Of a stretch of 5,483 nt of DNA, positions 5,477 through 5,483 are shown piece after piece. Position numbers and translations under genes: made by a program. The stretch comes from Prasinococcaceae sp. CCMP 1430 (taxonomy: Eukaryota; Plantae; Prasinodermophyta): NCBI GenBank assembly GCA_013416795.1, contig RQSC01000451.1:1-5483 (forward strand). Direction: 5' to 3'. Below the pieces are notes generated by a model, which saw only the letters and a program-made list of their open reading frames with translations, was not told the DNA's origin and made no database searches. Position 1 is the first letter of the stretch; each line of letters opens with the position of its first letter.

Positions 5477-5483
5477 CTGCAAA
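5477..5483 (-). promoter_or_regulatory. 3' splice acceptor before the ATG of E (truncated by the window edge)
   Basis: TTTGCAG|ATG, identical to D. Confidence 0.55.

Noticed and set aside
83-5479. CAGATG E-box as the reason for the conserved start motif
   Set aside because: It arises automatically from CAG plus ATG, and the accompanying branch-point and pyrimidine signals favour an acceptor.

Overview
This window looks eukaryotic (or eukaryote-virus-like), not bacterial. It starts in a (CA)/(CACACG) microsatellite and holds a tightly packed head-to-tail array of five complete paralogous ORFs on the minus strand (A 284-1048, B 1339-2229, C 2477-3355, D 3526-4407, E 4784-5476), plus a possible sixth unit starting at 85. 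The five proteins start M(S/A)ES and carry one or two C-x4-C-x9/10-C-x2-H putative zinc fingers followed by a shared domain I do not recognise. All six ATGs directly follow a 3' splice-acceptor-like TGCAG. Reading the minus strand, the 170-376 bp spacers share a layout: stop, GC-rich AGATGC...GCATCT hairpin or degenerate copy, donor-like GTA(R)GT about 115 nt before the next ATG, AATAAA inside that putative intron, CTNAT branch point, TGCAG|ATG. This layout is complete in three spacers and partial in two. It suggests a splicing/polyadenylation-controlled cassette or polycistronic array, which is inference and needs RNA data. Spacer modules and gene 5' ends are mosaic, pointing to recombination or gene conversion. 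No gene symbol or host can be assigned from the sequence alone.
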